Below, piece after piece: positions 22,501 to 36,760 of a stretch of DNA of 49,907 nt. The stretch spans positions 1-49,907 of the forward strand of contig LWCA01000125.1 of assembly GCA_001642005.1 (NCBI GenBank), read 5' to 3'. Each line of letters opens with the position of its first letter. The first letter of the stretch is position 1. Made by a program: the position numbers and the translations under genes. The notes under the pieces are model-generated. The model was not told the origin of the DNA. It did not search any database and saw only the letters and a list, made by a program, of their open reading frames with translations. This DNA is from Intoshia linei. Its lineage: Eukaryota > Animalia > Orthonectida.

Positions 22501-24589
22501 TGGTTTAAGATTTTTCTAAAGATTTATTATAAAATATGTACCTTTTGATGAATTAGTCCGATAGAATAGTTAATGTAGTATTTATTATAAAATTATCATC
22601 AAAAAATAATAATTATAAAGTACTGAAACAGAGAATCAAAGTTTTAGGTTTTTGATATATTTTTTAAAAAATTAAACATTTACTTTTTGTGGATTTATTA
22701 AAAAACTGCCTTTAGATTTTTGTAATGATATATCTCATTCTTAAAATCTCAAAATTATCTTTCATATGACATTACTTTTTGCTTGGTGCACAACAAAAAG
22801 TTGGAAATTGTTTATTAGTGTAATTCAATTTTGAAATTAGAAAATGAAACAGTTCAAATTTGTATGAAAATATTTAACACACTTTTTTTACATAAAAACA
22901 GTATGAAGCAAAATCGATGATTATATCGTTCTAAGACAGGGTGCGCAACCTTTCCATTAATTCAACCGCAAACCTACTTTACTCATTAATACTACGGCCG
23001 CACAAAATTTAATTTAACATTGAGAGAGTTTAAATCCATTTTGATAAAAATATTTCCCTTGAATTTGAAGTAAAATGATATATTGTATTATAATGGCATG
23101 GATTGCCCATGGCTGCACATAAACGCTCTTACGGCCGCAGGTTGTGCACCCCTGCTCTAAGATGCATTGCTCAAATGAACGTTGCTCTAAACTAGAGACT
23201 GGACATAAAATATGTGGATAATAAAAAATTACTAATTTTTTGTCATTTCTTATTTTTCATTACGTGACCCAGTGTTGGACTTAACACGGCAGAATAATAC
23301 ATAACAATATAAAATATTTTTAACTACCAAAAAATGGTAATAGCGGCGACAAAGGCTTGTGCCATGTTAAAAGATTAGTTAATTATTATAACCGTTAGAT
23401 TTGTGTTTTAAATTAAATAATAGTTTTAGTTTTGGGATGACAGAGAAACGCACTCATCAAGGTAATTTTATCATTATACCAGTATTTTTCAGTTTGGATC
23501 ACTAGTACAGCACTCTCACATTTTAATAATTTTATATATTATTATTATATGAATAATATTTATTCTCAGGAGTAGATAAAAAATTCGCAAAAATGAAGCT
23601 TATATAATTATAATCATAAGTAATGGTTATCATTTAGTTAGTCTCACACTAATTGTTTGGGCAGGTTGAGAAACGCTGTTATATTATTTTAACTCATTAA
23701 AAATATTATACTTTATTTAGACATATATCTGGTCCACATTTGTGTGGAGACGGATTAGATATTGATCCAGAAAATGATCAAATTTTGACGGGGTCTTGGA
23801 GAAAATCTAACACGCTGCAGGTTGAATTAATCAATTAGTAATATACATATGTATAATGTACATACGTATAGTAAATAAAAATATTTTTCATTATGATTCT
23901 TCTCCCGGGAACCCTCATTTGTATTGATTTATAATTTTGAAAATATTATTGATCAAAAAATTTTAGTTGTGGGATTTCAAAACAGGAAATAAAATAAGAG
24001 ATGTTTTAGAAGACGTCAGTAGAACGTCTCAGGTATATTAACATAATAATAATTCAAAAATTGATTTTTATAATTATTAATAAATAGCTTTACTGTGTAC
24101 AATTTGTTTCTAAATCTATTATTGCTACCGCAGGATCAGATGTCAATGATGTACGTCTTATTGACAGAGCAAATTTAAATGTATATTATCAATTTCAAAT
24201 GATAAATCAGGTCTTTTAAAAAACTTTTTTAATCTAATATTAATCTTTCATATTGAAATCTCTTTATAAAATATAAAAAAAATTTCGTCATTTTTTTTTA
24301 TAGGCAGTGTCATTGACCAAGGTATATTATTTAAACGTAGCATATGTAATATTGCTTAATTCGTGAAATCTGAAAATTTACAAGTTTTTACACATTTTAC
24401 AAGTCTGATTACACAAATATATACTTTCATACAACTGTATTATAACTTTACTATTTATTTTAGGTGATTGGAAGGATAACAGCAAGTACAAAGTCATTTT
24501 ATGCAATAGATAATGACAAATTATCTCATAAACCTATATATGCTGGAATAAGCGATGGAAAAGTGTATTTGTTTCGTGAAGAAGGCTAA
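19519..24589 (+). CDS. WD40-repeat protein, about 11 exons
   Basis: In-phase exons approx 19519-19534, 19682-19889, 19927-20011, 20066-20198, 20340-20529, 20596-20704, 23430-23461, 23721-23820, 23967-24032, 24088-24180, 24464-24589. Motifs LRFAPDGSHFAVG, GNIRLWH, GHRGRVFSAKYHP...FISGGWDDTIQFWD, GPHLCGDGLDI...ILTGSWRKSNTLQLWD. Confidence 0.88.
20847..22432 (-). mobile_element. 1.59-kb non-autonomous Helitron with both termini, in WD40 intron
   Basis: On the minus strand: A|TCCTTAC at 22433/22432 and ...ACAGTCAACCTAG|T at 20847/20846; interior matches 43270-43700 (rc) and 34715-34910. Confidence 0.8.
22937..23154. mobile_element. hAT (Buster-like) MITE
   Basis: TIRs CAGGGTGCGCAACCT / AGGTTGTGCACCCCTG; TSD ttctaaga/ctctaaga (7/8); cggccgca subterminal motifs. 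Confidence 0.85.
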
Positions 24590-24654
24590 CTGACATATAT
24601 TTATGTTTTCAATGTGAATTTTGGTATTTATTCTAATTGTATACAAATAAACAT

Positions 24655-27600
24655 TTAATCTTCATCATTATCTGTGTTTTTTCTATTTATTTTTTTATGT
24701 TTCATTCTTCTATTTTGAAACCATGTCTTTACCTAAATTAATTAAATCATTTAACTAAATATTTAGCAATAAAACTGGCCCGTTATAGTGATCAACATTA
24801 AAACTTTAGTGCAATTTGTTTTGAGCCAAAATTTTTTATATACTTCCAAGGGCGCTCCAATGGAAAAAATGTTGAAAAACACTTATATAAAAATTAGTAG
24901 TAGATGATTAAAATTGATCATTGAAAAATATGGCATACATATAACAAACTGCACTTATAAAGGTCAAAATCTGTCTAACCAGTCGATGAGACCCATTGTG
25001 ATGACTGAACACTATAAGCGGAATCTACAGTAATTCAAATATTGTAATTAATGAAATAAATGCAATATTATCAGGACCTGGAGATTGAATAGAGGCCATA
25101 TTCCCAGGCCTACAACCATGAGAGTCTACCTTTTTAATTTATTAATAGGTTATGTTGGAAAATTTCTTAAGTATACCAAAATTATCGTATTATAAAATGT
25201 TCTATGCGATTTCCAACGGTAATAATTTTAATTTTTAAATAATGAACGATCGATTAAGATTAGAAAATTATCTCTATTACAGGTGCTATTTTTAAAAAAA
25301 ATTATAGGGGCCTACAATTTCCATCTTGTCCGGGCTACTGCTGACTCTCTACGGTCCTGAATATTATATGAACAAATCATTAAAAATTTACTTGTGTTTC
25401 AGATAATTGTAGTTTATTGGCCAGTTCAATTCGTTCTAAAATTTTGATTAATATATTCATATTTTCGTTATCATAATAAACTTATAAATGAAAAAAATAC
25501 CTGGGGTAGATAAATATCTTTGAATATCAAATCGTGATTCTAGTCCATTAAGTTGTAGATCACTAAACACGGTTCGAGCTTTTCGTCTGCGGTAGCATTT
25601 TGAATAACTATTAGATTGGAATTCTAAAAATTAAATATTATTTATACTTCATTATATACTATTATAATAATAATAATGTTTAATAAATAAGTTTAATTAA
25701 CTAATAAAAAAACTTAATGTGTAAATAAATACAATTATCATGATAAAAATTAAAATTTTACTTAATCCGTCGCGCCAAAAGTTAAGCATGATAAAAAATA
25801 TAATCAATTCACCTGTCAACATTGATTAAATGATTCACAAAATTTGACTAGGAAAATAAATGAATCAAATTGATAATCTCATATAATCATATTCAGATTT
25901 TTATCATATATCTGATAGATTGTATTACTTTGTACAAACAGCTGAAATCTGAAATTAGAAAAAGGATAATTGGGTTTTTGACCCGAAAGGTGTAAGTTTC
26001 TGAGATTGACATTAATCTTAGTATCTCCCTAAAAATCTGACTTGGAATGCGTTTTTGTTAACATTCTAGGACTCTGAGTTATTGAAATTAAAGTAAACAC
26101 AGAAAGACAACAAAGAGTTTTATATAAGTTAAGATGATCGTCACATAATGTTTAAATATTGATAACAATAACATTACTTTAAAAATCAATAATTTCTATG
26201 AATATTTTTTATCATGAATATGACTAATTATCAATTATTATTATATTTTTATTATTGGTTTATTATACTATACATGAAAAATTATGACCATTATATAGTA
26301 TCATGTCTTCAATTCGCTAATTTTAAATGTAGGTACAAATTTTTAGGGAAAAGTTTATTTTAACGAACCAAGGTATGAAAAATAGTATTTAATCGAGCTT
26401 ATCGATTTTTTGATATATTTATAAAATAGCGCCCAACTGAGTTTATACCATCATAGTTCATTAATCTTTACCAAAATATAAAGTTATGGTTTTATTGTAA
26501 AATAAGTTAATTTAAATAATAAATAAAAAATAAAATACATATTATCACGAAAGATTAATACATTACGCAGTAAATCATTAACAATAGTTTAACTCATTAA
26601 TTAAATATAAACGAGGTGGAATAGGAATAGTACATTGTAAATTAAATGACAGCAAAATTTGTAAATACTTTTGTCTTTACCATGTTTAATTAATAATAAC
26701 TGAATCAGACAATGTAATTGACGCGACAATTAATAAACAAGTACAATTAATAGACTAGACGTCTCGTTGTCCAGCTATGAATTTCCAGACAAAGAATTGA
26801 AGCGTGACATGTATAGAATCTCAAAATGATGAAAAATGTTGGTATCACACGGTTTTTCATTTAAAATTTTTATAAAGATTCTTTGAATGATTTTTGAAAT
26901 GGTTCAATTCTTCAATTTTGGATTTTTGACATCGTGTCACAAGAAAGGTACGTTTTATTAATTATTTAATTAGTCAAGTTATTAATACATTATATTAAAC
27001 GTGTACAATTTTCAAGTTGAATAGTTTATATTTTCGTTTATATAAATTTTACGTATTTTTTTAAGCTTGATATACAGTTTTACAAATTAACAGTTAAAAA
27101 ATTAAAAACATTATTAAAAGTATGTGTTCAGTAATTCAGTGTAATGAGCGCGTACCCGACAGGCTTACGATAAAACAACGTAAATGAAAGCATTTTATTT
27201 AGTTAACATTAATCTTCAATTAATTAATTAATCAAATTCAATTAAGTTAAAAAATTTTGGATTTAACAGACTAAAATTTTAAATTTGCCTTATAATTTAA
27301 TTGTCGCCCAATTGTTGGTATATTCACTTTAAATTTAAGTGCATATAATGTATGATATAGATCAGGGTGGTTCAAAGCGTGGCCTGTGGCCGCATGCAGT
27401 CCTCCAGATCAAATTGTGTGGTCCGCGAAATTGTTAAGTGATATATTTGTGATAATATCTAATGTAATATAATATATGTAATATTTTGTGAAACAGGTAA
27501 ATAATAAAAAATTTTAACAAACCTTTAATAAATATTTGTGATATGTAAATAAGCAGTGCAATGGAAAAATGCTTTTTAAATTGGTGTAAGAGAAAAAACT

Positions 27601-30336
27601 AAGAGTGAAGGAATGATGAAATAATTATGTAAAATTGTTTTAATATTGCGGCCCGCAAAATTTATTTTTTCGCACTCACTATTCATGTGTTTGGACCAAA
27701 TATTTGCCTGATATAGATAACATAAGGAAGGAAAAATTAAATCATTTTATTGTATATAAGGTAGTTTTTATGTAATGAACCACGAAAATTTAGGCTATCA
27801 CTAGCTGTCGACTTGTTCCTTAGATAAAATTGACATAATTTTTTTTTATTAAAAAATACCCTGAATAATTAATTATTGTATTAAAACAAGACATGTAAAT
27901 CTCGCGACAACTTATATATCATTGATCTGAAAATAAACACTATCCAAATTAAATTTAATGAAAAATTAACATTATGTGGAATAACTTGTCCTTCAATAAA
28001 ACGTTTAAAATACATTTTTATCTCATTAGATTTGAATTAAATTACTAAATATTAATTTGTATTAAACATTAAAAATAAAACCTTTATACATTATGGTCAG
28101 AGCCGTCTTAAGCCACTTCGGGGCCCTGGGCCTTTAAAATTTCGAGCGAAGCGATAAAAAAATTTAGGTCCCTTGTTTAGAAGACAGGGCATACTGTTGG
28201 TTGGAGACTTAGAGTTTTATTTCATTGAGTATTAATAAAAGCATTAAAAGATATTATGTAGGTTTCTAGAAACTTTTATTTATTTTACAAAAACCTACTT
28301 ACATTAATTAATGAACAAATTTTACTTTTTCATTTGAAAAAATGCACCATGCAGTCACAAAAAATTCTTGATAATTCTTCACAAATGTTGTTTTCTCACT
28401 TTTTTCTGAGAGAAATCAGATATGATATTATCAAAACTGATATCATTCTTAATTGACATTAAGGAGAGTGCATTCAAACGAGGTTGAACTAAGCAATTTC
28501 GAAGTTCATTCTTAATTATTTTTAGTTTAGAAAATCTGCAAACTTCAAAACTTATAAACTGATTCTTAATATATAAATGTGAAGTATTTTTTATTAATTT
28601 GGGCCCCTTTTTAATGAGGGGCCCTGGGCTACAGCCCACATTGCCCATGCCTTAAAGCGGCTCTGATTATGGTTTAATAATGTGTATATGACCAGTGATC
28701 ATCGACAGCTATTTCAGTTTATATTTCTTTTAGTGAAGACAGGGTTGAAAATTGTTATTTAATTTAAGGGGAATACGTCATTTTTATCGTCTTGACTACA
28801 TAACTGTATAAAACATTAAAATATGTATTATTCTCAAAATGTTGATGAATGTTTTCTGGTCCTAATTATCTGGGTTAGACAGATATATCATTAATATTTT
28901 CGAAAATTTTTAAAAATATTTTACATAACTATATATGCAATGCATACATAGTTTACCTTTCTGAGATGATTTGTATCTAACGCATGCCGTGGAAAGCCAG
29001 CTGTAGGTCTGGCCCAAATTAAAATCTAGGCTACTCTCAATATAAAATTTTTTTAAAAAATGGGACATCTATACATTGCGTAATCGATCGTTCATTCGCA
29101 TTGGTTATCGAAATTTTGGTACACTTAACAAATTTTCCAACATTGCTTATTAATAAATAAAAAAATAGGCCCCTCATGATTGTAGACCGGGTCATATAAC
29201 TCCTAGTGCTCTCTCCACGGCCCTGATCTAAGGTTATAATTATAATTATATTTTACTGTAACATAAATAACAACCCTAATCGTAGATAGGACATATCAAA
29301 GAGGCTTTCATCAGTAAGATAACTCGTTTTAATTAGTGGGTAATGTTAGTAAATGTCTTAATTATGCCAAAATTATGTTATATTAAAATATTTATTGTTA
29401 TTGTTATATTATTTTATATATTATTATATATTATATACTATATATTAGTTTATATTATATTGTTATATATATATATTATTGTTATTGTTGTTGTAAATAT
29501 CTCGAACTGGCACACAATATCATGGTAATTTAAAAATTTGAGTTTAATTTTAACCTTTGTGGGTTCATTGATAAAAACTTTTTGTCAATCAAGTTGATTA
29601 AATTAAAGATTAAGCAATGATATACAACTAAAAATTTTCTTCTGTCCTTCCCCTTGTTAGCTTTCCACAGAGGACCGTGGAGTAGAATCATGTGACCCGT
29701 AAAATAAGGAAAGTTCCACTATAATTAATAACAGACATACAAATTTTGAGAAACAATTATCTTAGAAGTAATCACCACACTCGACCGTAACCATGACAAA
29801 ATGATATCAGTTTTTAAAAACTTTTATAAACGTATAATGGTTATTCCATCTTGACACGACAGTGAAAGTTTGGTAAACCGTTTGGGTATCAATTCAATAC
29901 GTAGGAAAATAAAAAGTAAATAAATCGCGACACATCTTAATTAAAAATCCGTTATTTTCATAACATATTACCATGTTTAAAAAATTATACTGCATATATA
30001 ATACTTACTATGATCATAGGTCCTTCTGTCATACGCGTTCTTGGCATAAAAATACGGATCCAAAGCATTGATTTGTAAATCTTTGGCGAGGTTGTACTGG
30101 TTAATAAGTTTAGGTTGAATGGTTTGAGTATATTCATTTTCAATAATTTTTCGGTTATTAATAAAATTAATCAGGTAATCTTGATAATTCAACTGTAGAT
30201 TGTTGCGCAAATTAGAATTTGAAAAACTTTGCAAGTTATTAACAGTATCGATGGCGTCTTTATCTCGATGAATCTCTTTTCTGATTATATTTTCGATAGA
30301 AAAGGAACAATTTTTATCTTTTTGGTGCATAATCAT
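24655..30336 (-). CDS. BSX: Brain-specific homeobox (Bsx/Bsh, ANTP-class NKL)
   Basis: Exons 30009-30336, 25501-25623, 25392-25435, 24655-24732 join in phase. Homeodomain [60 protein letters not shown] carries the Bsx-diagnostic [11 protein letters not shown] and [14 protein letters not shown]; N-terminal eh1-like FSIENII. Confidence 0.93.
25072..25359. mobile_element. hAT MITE inside the helix-3 homeobox intron
   Basis: Perfect 8-bp TSD AATATTAT; ends CAGGACC...GGTCCTG; inverted relative at 28983-29225. Confidence 0.8.
27363..27710. mobile_element. hAT (Buster-like) MITE
   Basis: Perfect 8-bp TSD ATATAGAT; CAGG...CCTG ends; ggcccgc-type subterminal motifs. Confidence 0.82.
28098..28665 (-). 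mobile_element. hAT deletion derivative retaining a transposase C-terminal dimerisation-domain remnant
   Basis: TIRs CAGAGCCGTCTTAAG / CTTAAAGCGGCTCTG; perfect TSD ATTATGGT; minus-strand peptide FSKLKIIKNELRNCLVQPRLNALSLMSI...IISDFSQKKVRK matches the hATC consensus (FSxLKxIKxxLRxxxxQxRLxxLxLxxI). Confidence 0.92.
28983..29225. mobile_element. hAT MITE related to 25072-25359
   Basis: TSD atctaacg/atctaagg (7/8); right end CTCTCCACGGCCCTG; internal cgatcgttcatt is the reverse complement of about 25221-25232. Confidence 0.72.
29375..29495. repeat. Low-complexity (TAT/TTG)n tract
   Basis: tattattatatattatatac...ttgttattgttgttg; explains the spurious hydrophobic ORF 29343-29528. Confidence 0.7.
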
Positions 30337-31301
30337 ATCAATTTATATATTTAAATGTAATGTGTTGATATTCTTGTTAATGTGGGCTAATTTACACGTT
30401 TATATGTATATTTGATTATATACACAAGAGAAATAATATAAAATGATTTGTCTCACAAGTCAGTCATTAAAACGAACACTCTATTCGTAGTAATGTAGCC
30501 ATTTTATAGATAATTAAATTGTTAATAATACAAACAATTATACTAATCACAATATTATTTAGCTGGCAATGTTTAAATTTACACAAGATTGGAATATATT
30601 GTCTTGTTTTAATTACAATTAATCGATTGAACAATTGTGTGTAGTAGGAGGCGTTATTCAACTAAAATTTGACAAATTACATTACAGAGTGTATAATTAC
30701 AGTTGTACTGTAAATACAAATGAGTATTACGTGATAAAACTAAAAAAGAGTATTTATCAAAAAGGAATGCACTTTTGATTGGACAACCATCAAAATATAC
30801 ATGTTATATCGATTAAATCAAAAAATTTCAACCAAATTGTACTTGATTACGCTATACTCACGTCACAGAAATTTTAAATACAATTTAACATAATGTGATA
30901 ACAGAACGTGTCAAGTACTATTTAATTTAATCTAACCCCACAATTCAAGGGTATAAATTCAGTTTAAAATAATTTCATCTTAAGAATGCATTTATTATTT
31001 TATTAAGCATAATTCAAAACGACATTTAATTAATATGGATCATCCAAATTAGTAAAATTGTATTGATTTTAGAAAAAATTTTAAACGCATTGTTAAATCT
31101 TTTCTAAATTTTACATTTACTGAATATTTCAACACGCGATATTAAATTTACATTTAATTCATTTTATCTCTTAAATCTTGCCGATTTTTTAATTGGTTTT
31201 AAAAAGTTTTAATAAGTCTCTACGGGGTTCTACACATTCAATTAACTTTTTTATTTTAAAAACAAATTATTGATATTTTTTGTTTTTAGTAATCATAATA
31301 A

Positions 31302-34437
<3,136 letters not shown>

Positions 34438-34539
34438 CTAAGAACTAATACAATACACATTTAAAGTTTTAAGGTTACATTTCAGTGACTCTTTTGAAAC
34501 GTATCTCGATTACTTAATTTTTTACTTTTATTCAAAAAT

Positions 34540-35410
34540 ATTATTTTTAAAAAAGGGTAATCTGGGATTTTAACGTAAAAATTAATTTTTTTTCAGATTG
34601 AAAATTCCAATTGATGCAGTAGCGGATCTATGGAGTTTGCAGGGCAGGCGGTCAGCCCCCTGGCGTGACAAATGTGCCCTAAAATATTTTAATTTTTATT
34701 AATAATTAATTTGTATGTATATCAACTGGAATAAGCTGTATCAGAATAATATTTTTTTTTAATTATATGACCGTTAATTAATTCAAACTTTTTATTATAA
34801 TAAAAAAAAAATTAAAGTGCTTTTTTGACCATGAAGTTGTCACTTAATCAGATTGAAATTTTTTGTGTTAACTGGATATAACTTCATCATTTGTAATTTT
34901 TTTAAAAATTCTACGTCTTTTTTCATAAAAAGGTAATTCAAAAAAAGTAATTTGGGTTTTTAACCGTGAAAATTTTAAGTTTTTGAGGTTACCACTTATG
35001 ATAATGCTTATAAATTTTAAAACCATCCCAGACTTTATGTTGTATAAAATTATAGGACTTTCTTAATTTTTACAAAAAAAAGTAATTTGGGGTTTTGGCC
35101 GTGAAGATATAAGATTTCAAAATTGAAAATTTTGATAATTATCATAATTTGATGAATTAAAAACTTTTTATTAGAATGTATATTTTTATAATTCTAGGAC
35201 TGGTTTGAATTTAAAAACAAAAGACAATTTTGGTTTTTAACCTTGAAGGACTCAATTTCTGAAATTGAAATTTAGAATAAAACAACACTCTAGAAAAACG
35301 GTTATAAGAATATCATTTTTGTAAAACTCGAATCCCCTTACTTTCTTAAATAAACTGGAACAAATAAACAAACAAATAACAGACATATATTTTTAACCAT
35401 ATTTACTTTA
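34540..35410 (-). mobile_element. Helitron family B fragment in NDUFS8 intron
   Basis: Reverse complement of 12620-12970; also matches 21880-22100; interrupted by a GC-rich CAG-type end at 34617-34680. Confidence 0.6.
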
Positions 35411-35936
35411 TAATAATAACCATACAATAAGTAACAACTTCTAAATATTTTTGTCTAAAGCAGGTTAAGTTTTTATTAACAAAAAATAAAAAAATAAGTT
35501 TATTTTAAAAATGTAAAAAAAGAATAGAAAACAACGGTGGAATAGATACATCAAAATTTCTGATTTTAACGCTGTGAATTTCTGATGCAAATGAAATTTT
35601 GATAGAGAAAAACTTAACCAGTGACAACTTTTCATACACATTTAAATATTAATATTTATCAAATTACAATAAGTTTGATCTTCCTTTCTATTTATTGAAT
35701 TATTGTCAACTACTTTGGAATTTTTGGGATTTTTTACATTATTTGTTGCAAAATTTGATCGAACTATTTAAATTAACAGAGAAATTAATAAAATACATAC
35801 TATTTTTCCAATTTAAATTATTCACTAAATTTCGTATCATTTCAATCAATAAGATTGATCTTTATTGCATTTTATTATTTATTATTGTTATTTGTTATTT
35901 TTTAAAGTTTTTTTTAAATGTTAATCCTATACATAA

Positions 35937-36407
35937 TCCTGTACTTTATAAAATTGAATGTCTGTGTGTGTAATTGTGTATTTAAAAAATTAAGTCGTAG
36001 AATTTAAAAAACTAATTTCTAATACAATTTTTTACAAGTGATGTTTACATCTAAGTTTTATTTTACAAAATAAATCTTTATGAGTAGAGTATGAGTATAG
36101 TATAGTATTATTTATGAGTCTTTCAGGATTAAAAACACCATTTGCTTTTTTTTTAAAAATAAAATCATTAAGATGTATAATAATAATATAGATCTTCTCT
36201 ATCCACCAAATCAATGGTGGAAGAAAACATTACATATTACAAGTATTTAAAATTTTCTGGGATTCATATTTTTTATAACAATTTTTTAGAGTGTAACTAT
36301 AATTTGATTGATTTTAAGATCATATATTCATTGTATAATAAAATTAAAAACTCGGTCCTCGGCACAGCCAGCTGCTGTTTGTACAAAGTAAACAACAGTC
36401 AAGCTAG
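35937..36407 (+). mobile_element. Short Helitron with both termini and a duplicated 5' end
   Basis: atcctatacata-atcctgtactttataaaattgaatgtctgtgtgtg at the 5' end (similar start at about 47270); 3' CTAG 36404-36407 followed by T, preceded by imperfect CTGTT..AACAG hairpin. Confidence 0.72.
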
Positions 36408-36760
36408 TAATACAAAATAATTTGTGAATACATCCCCAAGAGCAACTAATAAATATCAACAATTTAAAGAAAGTTGCATAAATTTAGGAGAAAGTATTTT
36501 ATAATTTACATCTTTGTAAAAACAGAAACAAAATCCTATTAAATGATTACTACAGAACAGAAAGTTTGTTGTTATTTTACATGATTGTGTTTATTTTTAT
36601 CCTTTATACTAAATTGATTTACTCTATTAGGTATATATAATAATCACTAAGAAGGATATGCAATTTTTGATCGAAAATATAAAGCATGAATAAATGATCG
36701 CTTTCTAAGCAACCAATTATATTAAAATATTTACTTAAGGGAATGACATTTTAGTCAAAA

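Noticed and set aside
30340-31000. Cluster of TAAT/ATTA homeodomain-like sites upstream of Bsx
   Set aside because: Expected by chance at this AT content; cannot be supported without conservation data.
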